Made by a program: the position numbers and the translations under genes. A stretch of 64,000 nt of DNA, from positions 2,275 to 66,274 of the forward strand of contig VBDZ01000008.1 in assembly GCA_005881215.1 (NCBI GenBank), in the 5' to 3' direction. This DNA comes from Chloroflexota bacterium (lineage in GTDB: Bacteria; Chloroflexota; Dormibacteria; CF-121). The notes under the pieces were generated by a model that worked only from the letters and a program-made list of their open reading frames with translations, did not search any database and was not told where the DNA came from. Shown here in pieces: positions 44,818 to 53,501 of this stretch; the stretch's first letter is position 1; each line of letters opens with the position of its first letter.

Positions 44818-45903
44818 CTAGCGCTTGCTGAGTGGAACCTCGACCTTGACTTCGGTGCCTCGGCCCGGTTGACTGCGGATCTCGAGGGTGCCCTTTTCCA
44901 GCTCGGCGCGTTCCCGCATGCTGAGCAAACCGAGATTCTTGTTCTTGTGGAGGTTGGCCTCGGTGCGGGCCACGTCGAAACCCTGCCCGTCGTCCTTGAT
45001 CACCACCGAGACCCGGGACGGCTGCAGGTTCATGGTGACCTCGGCCATCTTGGCGCGCGCGTGTTTGTGCACGTTGGTCAGGGCCTCCTGAACGATGCGG
45101 AACAGCACCCCCTCGGTGTTCCCCGGCAGCCGGCGCTCCTGGCCCACCACGTTGAAGCGGGTGGCCAGACCGTAGCGGTCGCCGTACTCCTTGATGAACT
45201 TTCGCAGCGTCGGCACCAGCCCGAGGTCGTCGAGCGTCATCGGCCGCAGGTCGAAGATCAGCTGCCGGGTCTCTTCCAGGGCATTGCGCACACTGTTCTT
45301 GAACTCGGCCAGCTCGGTCACCAGCTGTTTGGGGTTTCGATCGAGCAGCCGCTCCAGGATCTCCGCCTGGAGGACCAGGTTGGCCATCGATTGCGCCGGT
45401 CCGTCATGCATGTCGCGGGCGATCCGCATCCGCTCTTCTTCGATGATCTGGAACACCTGACGGGAGGCATCACGAAACTGCTTGTCGCCGTCGGCCTGAG
45501 CCGGATGCCCGCCGTTCTCCCCGTACATCCGCTGCAGGTCGGCGAGGATCTGGCTGGCGGAGCGGAGAAACTGCCCCTGGTCCTTGAGCTCGGCGCGCCG
45601 AGCCGCCAGCGCCTCGTACTCGAACTCGGCCCGCTCCACGCTCAGCTGCGTTTCCCGGATGTTGGCAAAGGTCGCCTGCACCTCGGACGGCGAGAACTGC
45701 TTGAGGTTGTTCAGCAGGTGCTTTTCCACCACCCGCGACTCCTCCGCTTGCTCGCGCACCTGTTCGAGCGACGCCTCGAGCTCGCGCGACTTGGCTTCGG
45801 CAGTCTCCAGTTCGGCCTCGACTGTCTGCAGGCGGGCCGTGACCGATTGGTGAATCAGCACGAATGGATCGAAGATCTCATCCGTGGCCTGGATCGCACT
45901 CAT
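44818..45903 (-). CDS. Soluble DegS-like histidine kinase (HisKA_3 + HATPase_c), no adjacent DNA-binding response regulator
   Basis: 361 aa. No TM segment, an N-terminal coiled coil, an H-box (ARDMHDGPAQSMANL) and an ATPase domain (EALTNVHKHA, DDGQGF, GLLSMRERA). Confidence 0.88.
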   Translation of the reverse strand: MSAIQATDEIFDPFVLIHQSVTARLQTVEAELETAEAKSRELEASLEQVREQAEESRVVEKHLLNNLKQFSPSEVQATFANIRETQLSVERAEFEYEALAARRAELKDQGQFLRSASQILADLQRMYGENGGHPAQADGDKQFRDASRQVFQIIEEERMRIARDMHDGPAQSMANLVLQAEILERLLDRNPKQLVTELAEFKNSVRNALEETRQLIFDLRPMTLDDLGLVPTLRKFIKEYGDRYGLATRFNVVGQERRLPGNTEGVLFRIVQEALTNVHKHARAKMAEVTMNLQPSRVSVVIKDDGQGFDVARTEANLHKNKNLGLLSMRERAELEKGTLEIRSQPGRGTEVKVEVPLSKR

Positions 45904-46002
45904 AGTGGGCTACGGAACGGCCCCCGCGCCAAGCTGGAGCCCCGTTTGGCGGCCCCATGATAGCAGGAAAATCGCCGAATTCACGCTGAATCTCCGTAGC
46001 AG

Positions 46003-46668
46003 ATGAGCGAACGAGCGTCCTTCATCCTGGGACGGGCGCTGCCTCTGGGCGTGTTCGGCTTCCTGGTCGCCATCCAGGGCGAGCTCGCCTATGCCGGCGT
46101 TCAGCAGGCCTTCGCCGGGGTGATGGACCGGGCGCAGGTCATGTATCTCCTCAACCGTGTCCTGACCATCGCCTTCTTCGCCTTCCTGCTCGGCATCTAC
46201 ACCATTCGCCGCAAGGCGGTGGCCCACGACCACAATCCGGTGGCCGTCGCCGCAGCCCTGGTGGGCAGCTTCATCCTGTACGGGATTTTCCTGATCCCCG
46301 GCCAATCGCGCAGCACCGAGCTTCCGGTGCTCGCGTCGAGTGACATGCTGCTCGCCTGCGGCATGATCTGGGCTCTCTATTCGCTGACCTACCTGCGCAA
46401 CCGCTTCAGCATCGTGCCTGAGGCGCGCGGTCTGGTCACCACCGGTCCCTACCAGTTCGTGCGACATCCGATCTACCTCGGTGAGATCATCGCCGGCTTC
46501 GGTTTGGTGCTGCCCACCGTGTTCAGCCTGCATCTCCTGGTGTTCGCCGTCTTCCTGTGCGCCCAGGTGGCCCGCACCTATTTCGAGGAGCGGATGATGC
46601 GCACCGTCTATCCCTCATACGAGGCGTATGCCCGGCACACCTGCCGGCTCATCCCCTTCATCGTCTAG
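46003..46668 (+). CDS. Isoprenylcysteine carboxyl methyltransferase (ICMT)/phospholipid methyltransferase family membrane protein
   Basis: 221 aa, polytopic. Family motif GPYQFVRHPIYLGEII...EERMM. Confidence 0.8.
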   Translation: MSERASFILGRALPLGVFGFLVAIQGELAYAGVQQAFAGVMDRAQVMYLLNRVLTIAFFAFLLGIYTIRRKAVAHDHNPVAVAAALVGSFILYGIFLIPGQSRSTELPVLASSDMLLACGMIWALYSLTYLRNRFSIVPEARGLVTTGPYQFVRHPIYLGEIIAGFGLVLPTVFSLHLLVFAVFLCAQVARTYFEERMMRTVYPSYEAYARHTCRLIPFIV

Positions 46669-48262
46669 TAGATTGGCAAGCCTGCCCCGCTCCGCCGCCC
46701 CATCCCCAGCCGAGCAAGGTCCGGATCGCTGGCTGAGCCGAGCCGTGCGCTGGCTCGACCTGCCCCACTTCTTCACCATCGCCATCTTCGTGACGATGCT
46801 GATCGCGGCCATCCAGCCGGTCACCGACCCCGACTTCTGGTGGCATGTGACGACCGGCAACTGGATCCTGAGCCACCACGCGGTGCCCCGCACCGACCTC
46901 TTCACCTACACCGTCAGCGGCCACCGCTGGATCACCCACGAATGGTTGAGCGAGGTACTCCTCTCAACCCTCTACGCGGTTGGCCGGCTGCCGCTGGAGA
47001 GTTTCGCCCTGGGCGCGATTACCGCCGCCGGCTTCTTCCTGGTCTATCGGGCGATCGATCGCCGGGTGAACTTTGTGATCGCTGGACTGGCGCTCGCCCT
47101 CGGCGTGGCCGCGGCCAATCCGATCTGGGGACCGCGGATCCAGATGGTCACCTTCGCCCTGACGGCGCTGACCTACCTGTGGGTCAAACGGTTCTGCGAG
47201 GGCCACGGTCGGGCGCTCTATTTCCTGCCGGCGGTCATGCTCGTCTGGGTCAACCTCCACGCCGGATTCGTCGTCGCCTACGCGGTCGTCGGGACCGCGC
47301 TGCTGGTGGAGGGTCTGCGCTACCTGGCCCGCCGTCCCGGGGCGATGCCGATCGACCGGCTGAAGACGATGGGGATCGTGCTGCTTGCCGCGGTGGCGGT
47401 CGCCATCGTCAACCCCAACGGCTGGGACATCTACCTCTATCCCTTCCAGACCGGCGGCAGCCCGGAGCAGCAGCGGCTGATCGTCGAGTGGTTCTCCCCG
47501 AATTTCCAGATGTCGCAGATCTGGCCCTTCGAAGCCATGGTGTTCCTGATCATCGGCGGACTGGCTTTGGCGCGCCGCATCGAGCTGCGTCAGTTCCTCC
47601 TGCTGTTGCTCGGCCTGGGCCTGGCGCTGCACTCGGTCCGCAACCTCTCCTTCTTCATGCTGGTGGCGGTGCCCGCCCTGGCCGATTACGCCCAGCAGGC
47701 GCGCGAGCGCCTCCCCTGGCACTGGCCGCGGCGCCTGCCCCGGACGTCGATCGCCACCTTCTCCGTGAACGTCCTCATGGTTCTTCTGCTCTGCGCCGTG
47801 GTGGCGCTGGCCAGCGTCCCCAGCCTGGTGCAGCGCGTCGACGGCAAGCTCGTGGCCAAAGACTTCCCCATCAAGGCGGCCGACTTTCTCCTCCAGCATC
47901 CGGCGCCCGGGCACATGCTCAACGTCTACGGTTGGGGCGGCTACCTGATTTACCGGCTCTACGGCCACACCCCGGCGCAACCGGTTTTCATCTTTGGCGA
48001 CGCCGCCCTCGACGGCGACCAGCTGCTGCACGACTATTCCCACCTGCAGTCGCTGGGGTCGGACCAGCCGCAGTTGCTGGCGCGCTATCAGATCAACTGG
48101 GTCATCTTCCACTCGGATGATCCGATCATCACCGAGTTACGCCAGGACCATAACGCACCCGGCCACGTCGGGTGGTTCGAGCTGGGCAGCTTCGACAAGG
48201 CGACCATCATGCTGCGCGACACGCCGGAGAACCGCGCCTACGCTGCCGGGTCCGGCCGGTGA
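46628..48262 (+). CDS. GT-C-like polytopic membrane protein, family 1 (paralogue of 59227..60768)
   Basis: 544 aa (alternative TTG start at 46673). After TM1 it has DPDFWWHVTTGNWIL (46826-46846). It has many TM helices. YGWGGYLIYRL (47927-) lies at the start of a C-terminal soluble domain. Confidence 0.8.
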   Translation: MPGTPAGSSPSSSSRLASLPRSAAPSPAEQGPDRWLSRAVRWLDLPHFFTIAIFVTMLIAAIQPVTDPDFWWHVTTGNWILSHHAVPRTDLFTYTVSGHRWITHEWLSEVLLSTLYAVGRLPLESFALGAITAAGFFLVYRAIDRRVNFVIAGLALALGVAAANPIWGPRIQMVTFALTALTYLWVKRFCEGHGRALYFLPAVMLVWVNLHAGFVVAYAVVGTALLVEGLRYLARRPGAMPIDRLKTMGIVLLAAVAVAIVNPNGWDIYLYPFQTGGSPEQQRLIVEWFSPNFQMSQIWPFEAMVFLIIGGLALARRIELRQFLLLLLGLGLALHSVRNLSFFMLVAVPALADYAQQARERLPWHWPRRLPRTSIATFSVNVLMVLLLCAVVALASVPSLVQRVDGKLVAKDFPIKAADFLLQHPAPGHMLNVYGWGGYLIYRLYGHTPAQPVFIFGDAALDGDQLLHDYSHLQSLGSDQPQLLARYQINWVIFHSDDPIITELRQDHNAPGHVGWFELGSFDKATIMLRDTPENRAYAAGSGR

Positions 48263-49479
48263 CCGGCGCCGATCGGGCCGCCCGGCTGCGCCGCCGTCAA
48301 CGGCTCTTCCTGATTTTCACCGCGGTGCTCTGCGTGGCCTACGCCCGCCAGCTGCTCACCTCGCCCACCGCCGGCCAGGATTTTCGCGCCTTCTTCGCCG
48401 CCGCCACCGTGAGCGCCCACGGCGGCGACCCCTATGACTGGACCATCCTGGGCCGGACCGAGGACGCGCTCTACAACGCCCCCATCCATGCCCGACCCGG
48501 TGATCCGCGCTACAACGATTTCCTTCCCTTTCCGGAAGGGCCCTGGCTCGCGCTCGGGCTGCAGCCGCTGACCGGGTTCCCCTGGCAGGTCGTCTATCCG
48601 CTGTTCGCCGGCGTGATGCTGCTGGCGATCGCCGCCGGCGCCTGGCTCGTCCTGCTGCGGCTCGGCTGGCCGCCGGCGCGGCGGCGGATCGCGGTGGCCG
48701 CGACCGTCCTCTCCCCCATCGCCTTCCTCAACGTTTTCCAGGGACAGGTCAGCGCGCTCGTCTTTCTCGGGTTTGCCGGCGCCTGGTATCTCGCCGGCCG
48801 CGGCCGGCCGGTGTGGGCCGGGCTGGTGCTCACCCTCGTCTGGATCAAGCCGAATCTCGGAGTGGCGCTGCCGCTGGTGCTGCTGCTGCTCGAGCCGGCG
48901 TCCGTCACCCGGTTGCTGCTGGGTTTCGGCGGCGGCAGCGTCGTCGCCTTCGCCCTGGCAGCCCTGGCGCTGCCCGGCGTCCTGTGGCACTGGGCCAATG
49001 AGCTGATCTCCCACTGGCGCGCGGTGCAGGGCACCCAACCGGACGTCGCCTCGATCCACAGCCTCTACTACCCGGCGCTGACCGGCCCGCTCAAAACCGT
49101 GGCGCTGGTCATCGTGCTGGCGGGCGGTGCCGCCTATACGGTCTGGGCCGTCCGCCGCGGGCAGCAGGCGCGCGCCCGCGGCCTGACGGTGTTGCTGCTG
49201 TGGTTCGCGCTGCTGCCCTATGTCCACTCCTTCGACGCCATCCTCTTGCTGCCGCTGGTCGTGTTCTTGCTCGGACCGGATCTGCGCGGCTGGGCGGATC
49301 CATTGACCGAGGTGGTGGTCTGGGCCTTCGCGATCCTGCCCTTTGGCTACTTCATCGGCTTGCGGCTTGGATTTTTCAACGGCTTTACCGCAGTGCCGGT
49401 CCTCCTGCTCCTGCTCGCCTGGCATCAGCGAGTGATCCGCGACCGGCCGCGCGTCGTGCCGGAGGCGGTCGCCGCATGA
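48259..49479 (+). CDS. DUF2029/GT87-like membrane glycosyltransferase
   Basis: In ORF 48172..49479. GTG 48259 overlaps the upstream stop (GTGA). Motifs GQDFRAFFAAATVSAHGGDPY and WIKPNLG. Confidence 0.8.
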   Translation: MTGADRAARLRRRQRLFLIFTAVLCVAYARQLLTSPTAGQDFRAFFAAATVSAHGGDPYDWTILGRTEDALYNAPIHARPGDPRYNDFLPFPEGPWLALGLQPLTGFPWQVVYPLFAGVMLLAIAAGAWLVLLRLGWPPARRRIAVAATVLSPIAFLNVFQGQVSALVFLGFAGAWYLAGRGRPVWAGLVLTLVWIKPNLGVALPLVLLLLEPASVTRLLLGFGGGSVVAFALAALALPGVLWHWANELISHWRAVQGTQPDVASIHSLYYPALTGPLKTVALVIVLAGGAAYTVWAVRRGQQARARGLTVLLLWFALLPYVHSFDAILLLPLVVFLLGPDLRGWADPLTEVVVWAFAILPFGYFIGLRLGFFNGFTAVPVLLLLLAWHQRVIRDRPRVVPEAVAA

Positions 49480-50789
49480 CGACCTGGTGGGGCATCCGGC
49501 GGCTCTACGAGCCGCGCTTTTTAGAGCGGATCCTCCTCCTGTTGCTCCTGGTCGCCGCCGCCTACTATGCCGTCTTCGCGATCGTCCAGTGGACGACCTT
49601 GACCCCGGAGGCGCTGCGGTTCGATTTCGCGAACTATTTCGGCGGCGCCCAGGCGGCCGCGCACGGCAGCGACGTCTACGCCGACTTCAAGCGGTCGTGG
49701 GGAACCGAGGCCTGGGTGGTCGCCTACATCTACCCGCCCTTCTTCGCCGAGCTGCTCGCGCCGCTGACGCCGCTCGGGCTGGTAGGCGCCGCGCGGGTCT
49801 GGCTGCTCGCGGTGCACGCCGCGTTCTTCGGCTCGCTGGCGCTGCTGCTGCGCCTCCATCCCGAGCTGTCGCGCGCCGGCCGTCTGGTGCTGCTGGTGGC
49901 CGCGCTCGGCTTCATGCCGGTGTACCTCAACCTGAAGTTCCAACAGGTGGCGACGGTGTGGCTGCTGCTGGTGACGGCCGCGCTCTGGGCCGCGCTGCGG
50001 CGACGGGACGGCCTGGCCGGCGGCTTCATCGCGCTGGCCGCGTCGCTCAAGGTCGCCCCCATCTTCCTGATTCCGCTCTTGGCCCGACTGGGGCGGCGGC
50101 GGGTGGCGATCGTGGGCGGCGGGCTGCTGCTGGTGGTGACCGTGGTCACCATGCTGGCGTCACCGGGCAGCTGGCAATTCTTCACCGTCGTGCTGCCGCG
50201 CATCGGCCTGGGAACGGCGAACTGGGACAACGGCTCGATCGACGGGCTGGTCAGCCGCATCGTGGTGCTGGCGCCGCACCTGCTCGGCGGCGCCACCCAG
50301 ACGGCGGCAAAAGTCGTGATTGCGCTGGCCGCGGTGAGCGTCATCGGCGTGACCATCTGGCTGGCGGGCCGGGCCGCGAGCCACGATGGATGGACGATCC
50401 GGCTCGGCGTCGCCGCCCTGATGACGTCGCTGCTGATCGTCAGCAGCGTGACCTGGCAGCATCACCTGGTCACCCTGCTGCTGCCGATGGCGACCGCGCT
50501 GGCGTGGATCAGCGCGCGACGGCCGGGGGCGCGCTACGGCTGGGCCCTGATGGCCGCCTATGGGGCGTGCTGGATCGACCGTCGGGCGTTTCCCTTACCG
50601 GCGGACCTCCAGGTGCATTCGGCGTCGCAGGGGGCGCTGGTGCTGGCCGGCACCTCGGTGAAACTGCTCGGCCTGCTGCTGCTCTGGGGGCTGCTACTCG
50701 AGATGCTGCGCCGCGAGCGCAAGCTGATGGGTGCGCTCAGGCGGCCTGGACGACCGGCGGCCGCCGATGCTGTTGCGCCCGCTGCCTGA
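49476..50789 (+). CDS. DUF2029/GT87-like membrane glycosyltransferase
   Basis: In ORF 49200..50789. ATG 49476 overlaps the upstream stop (ATGA). Motifs RFDFANYFGGAQAAAHGSDVY, YIYPPFFA and SLKVAP. Confidence 0.8.
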   Translation: MTTWWGIRRLYEPRFLERILLLLLLVAAAYYAVFAIVQWTTLTPEALRFDFANYFGGAQAAAHGSDVYADFKRSWGTEAWVVAYIYPPFFAELLAPLTPLGLVGAARVWLLAVHAAFFGSLALLLRLHPELSRAGRLVLLVAALGFMPVYLNLKFQQVATVWLLLVTAALWAALRRRDGLAGGFIALAASLKVAPIFLIPLLARLGRRRVAIVGGGLLLVVTVVTMLASPGSWQFFTVVLPRIGLGTANWDNGSIDGLVSRIVVLAPHLLGGATQTAAKVVIALAAVSVIGVTIWLAGRAASHDGWTIRLGVAALMTSLLIVSSVTWQHHLVTLLLPMATALAWISARRPGARYGWALMAAYGACWIDRRAFPLPADLQVHSASQGALVLAGTSVKLLGLLLLWGLLLEMLRRERKLMGALRRPGRPAAADAVAPAA

Positions 50790-51903
50790 AGCGCCACCCG
50801 TACCACAAGACGACCGCGGTCATCACGATGGGCCCCAGCGGCAGGCCGACGCCGTGAAGGTCGATCAGCAGCGCCAGGTCGATGAGCAGCAGGCCGGGGA
50901 TCGGGTTGGGCAGGCGGCCCTCGAAAAAAAGGTCGACCGCGAGCCACGCCGGCACCGCCAGCATCAGCAGATCATGGGGAAGCGCATGCGGAGAGGCCAG
51001 CAGCGACAGCGCGACCGCCAGGACGGCGAAGCCGGTGGTTGACGCCGGCCGCCGCCAGGCGGTCAGCCCCAGCGCCGCCAGCACCGCCAGGTAGACGGCG
51101 ATCGCGACCGCCGTCGCCGCCACGGCTGGGAGCGCCGGGCCGAGGACCCCGATCCAGGCCTCGTCGAGACGGATCGCCACCGCCTGGTTGGCGCGCAGCG
51201 CGTTGTGCACCATGGCGGCCATGCCACCGGCGCCGGCCGCCAGCGGGCTCATCAGGACGAGGGTGGCTGCGACGCCGGCGACCAGCAGCATTCGCCAACG
51301 CCGGGCCGCCAGCACGACCAGCAGGTACGCCGGCAGGTACTGCGGCTTGATCGCGAGCAGCGCGCCGCCGGCGGCCGCCAGCCCCCACCGGTCCCGGCTC
51401 AGCGCCGCGACCAGCAGCGCGCCACCGACAACCAGCAACGGAGTCACCTGTCCTTCGGTCAGCGCGGTCCAGGTGGGGACGGCGGCCAGCAGCCCCAGCA
51501 TGGCGAACGCCGGCGCCTTGCGGTCCAGCGGTCGCGCCCGCTGCAGGATGAGGACCGCCACCAGCAACAGCGCCGCGGCGACGATCTGCCAGACGCGAAA
51601 TGCGAGGTCGATCGAGAGCAGCGAGAGGGCGGCAAACGGCAGGGCGGCGACCAGCGGCAGGCTGAAGGGCAATCGGGGGTCGATCGCCCCGTCCGGCGCC
51701 ACCCGACGCATGGTGTCAGCGAGCGCGGCCTGCCGATAGGGGGCGGCGAAGTGGCCTTGTCGGACCAGCACGCCCGCGCTGTAGTTGATGGTGAAGTCGG
51801 AGGACAGCCGCGCCGCGCGCGGCTGCAGCAGGATCACGAGGAAGCCCGCCGCCGCCAGGGCGACGACCAGCGCCAGCATGGCCTGATGCAACGGTCGCCT
51901 CAC
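50737..51903 (-). CDS. DUF2029/GT87-like membrane glycosyltransferase
   Basis: In ORF 50737..52506. GTG 51903 overlaps the upstream stop (GTGA) and has an AGGTG RBS. Motifs SSDFTINYSAGVLVRQGHFAAPY and AIKPQY. Its 3' end overlaps the convergent gene by 53 nt. Confidence 0.75.
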   Translation of the reverse strand: MRRPLHQAMLALVVALAAAGFLVILLQPRAARLSSDFTINYSAGVLVRQGHFAAPYRQAALADTMRRVAPDGAIDPRLPFSLPLVAALPFAALSLLSIDLAFRVWQIVAAALLLVAVLILQRARPLDRKAPAFAMLGLLAAVPTWTALTEGQVTPLLVVGGALLVAALSRDRWGLAAAGGALLAIKPQYLPAYLLVVLAARRWRMLLVAGVAATLVLMSPLAAGAGGMAAMVHNALRANQAVAIRLDEAWIGVLGPALPAVAATAVAIAVYLAVLAALGLTAWRRPASTTGFAVLAVALSLLASPHALPHDLLMLAVPAWLAVDLFFEGRLPNPIPGLLLIDLALLIDLHGVGLPLGPIVMTAVVLWYGWRFRQRAQQHRRPPVVQAA

Positions 51904-53501
51904 GGTTGCACCTGGAAGACGGCCGCATCCCCCTCGCGGTCGACGATGCGCAGCCGCGGGTCGTCCCGCAGCCGCTGGACGAAGCCCGGATCCGTCGCCA
52001 GCACGTAATCGATGTGGTTCGCCTGAGCAAAGGCGGCGCGCTCGGCGGTTGACCAGCGGGTGAAGAAGGCCAGCGCCTGGTCGGCCTTGCGACCGGCGTC
52101 GATCGTCATTTCCGGATGCCCGGTGAAGGCGCGGGCGCCCGACTGCGCCGGGACGAAGATGCCGTCCAGATAGGTCGTCAGGACCACGTCTTGCGCGGTG
52201 ACCTGCGGCGCCAACCGAGCCAGCAGCGCGGCTTCGGCGCGGCTTTCGTACTCGGCTCGTGGATCCAACCGGAACGCGGCAATCCAGTATGGCTGCGTCA
52301 GGCTGAGGATGCCGTAAAAGCTCGACACCGCCACGGTGCTGACCAGCAGGCGTCGCCGCCACGCCACCGAACGGACGCCGCGGAGCATCGTGAGCAACCC
52401 CGGCGCGGCGCAGAGACCAAACGGCACCGAGCTGGCCATGAAGCTGCGTCCGAGGATGCCACTGATGCCGGGCGCAAACATGAAGACCGTCATGCCCGCA
52501 ATCCACAACGCGGGCAGCAGCAGATCACCGCGAAGGCGTCGCCGCCAGATGGCGATGACGATGAGGACCGTGGCGACCAGGTGCGACAGCACCAGGAAAC
52601 CGAACGGGTCTCCGACATCGAGCGCCGGGCGGATCACCCGCAAGGCGTCGGGGGCGGTGGCCCAAATCCACAGCAGGTAACCGAGGTAGGGCAGCTGCAG
52701 GGCGGCGCCCGCGACGGCAAACCAGATCGCGCGCCGGTGCCGGCGCGCCAGCGACCAGCCGAACAGGCAGGCCACGGCGAGCAGGGCGAGTTGCGGATAG
52801 ATCAACTGCAGCCCGAGGATGGCGCCCAGCCCACTGATGAGCACGCTTGCGGAGTCACGGTGACGCAGACGAAGACCAGCGGTCATGGCCCAGCACATCA
52901 ACGCCATCGCCCATGGCAGATGCGGGGCCATGCCGACCAGGTCAGCCACGCTGCTTCCCGGCGAGGTCATCTCGGTCGCGTGGCTGACGAACGGACCAAG
53001 GTGGATGTCGTGCGGGAGCAGCGCGCCGATCCCACCGCCCAGGATGCACAGCGCAAACGCCCAGCGCCTCACCAGTCGGGGGCGGAACAGCTCGGCGATC
53101 AGCAACCAGACCGAGCTCAGCAAGGCCGCGCCGGCCGCCAGCCGGCCGAGATGATAGAGCCAGGGACCGGTCGCCCAGCCAACCAGGTGGGCCGGCCACA
53201 GATACCAGGGATACAACACGATGCCGGGTAACGACTCCGAGCTGTAGGGCGAATGGAAGAGCCAGGCACCCTGCCACCCGGCGCGCCAGAGGGCCTGGTA
53301 GACCTCGGCGTCGCGGGCAATCACGACGTATCCCGTAAAAACGCTACCGGCCGGCGTCCGGATCCCGGCCAGCAGGATCGGTGGCATCGTCATCAGGCAG
53401 AGGGCGGCGAGGAACACGACGGACCGGGTAACGCGCAGCCGACGCGGCCGGGGCGACTCGTTGCCGGGCTCCTCGTACCGGCGCGGGCGCGCGAGCGCCA
53501 T
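51900..53501 (-). CDS. GT-C-like polytopic membrane protein, family 2 (ArnT/PMT-like; paralogue of 56096..57724)
   Basis: 533 aa. After TM1 it has FTGYVVIARDAEVYQALWRAGWQGAWLFHSPYSSE. It has many TM helices and a C-terminal soluble domain ending DREGDAAVFQVQP. Confidence 0.8.
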   Translation of the reverse strand: MALARPRRYEEPGNESPRPRRLRVTRSVVFLAALCLMTMPPILLAGIRTPAGSVFTGYVVIARDAEVYQALWRAGWQGAWLFHSPYSSESLPGIVLYPWYLWPAHLVGWATGPWLYHLGRLAAGAALLSSVWLLIAELFRPRLVRRWAFALCILGGGIGALLPHDIHLGPFVSHATEMTSPGSSVADLVGMAPHLPWAMALMCWAMTAGLRLRHRDSASVLISGLGAILGLQLIYPQLALLAVACLFGWSLARRHRRAIWFAVAGAALQLPYLGYLLWIWATAPDALRVIRPALDVGDPFGFLVLSHLVATVLIVIAIWRRRLRGDLLLPALWIAGMTVFMFAPGISGILGRSFMASSVPFGLCAAPGLLTMLRGVRSVAWRRRLLVSTVAVSSFYGILSLTQPYWIAAFRLDPRAEYESRAEAALLARLAPQVTAQDVVLTTYLDGIFVPAQSGARAFTGHPEMTIDAGRKADQALAFFTRWSTAERAAFAQANHIDYVLATDPGFVQRLRDDPRLRIVDREGDAAVFQVQP

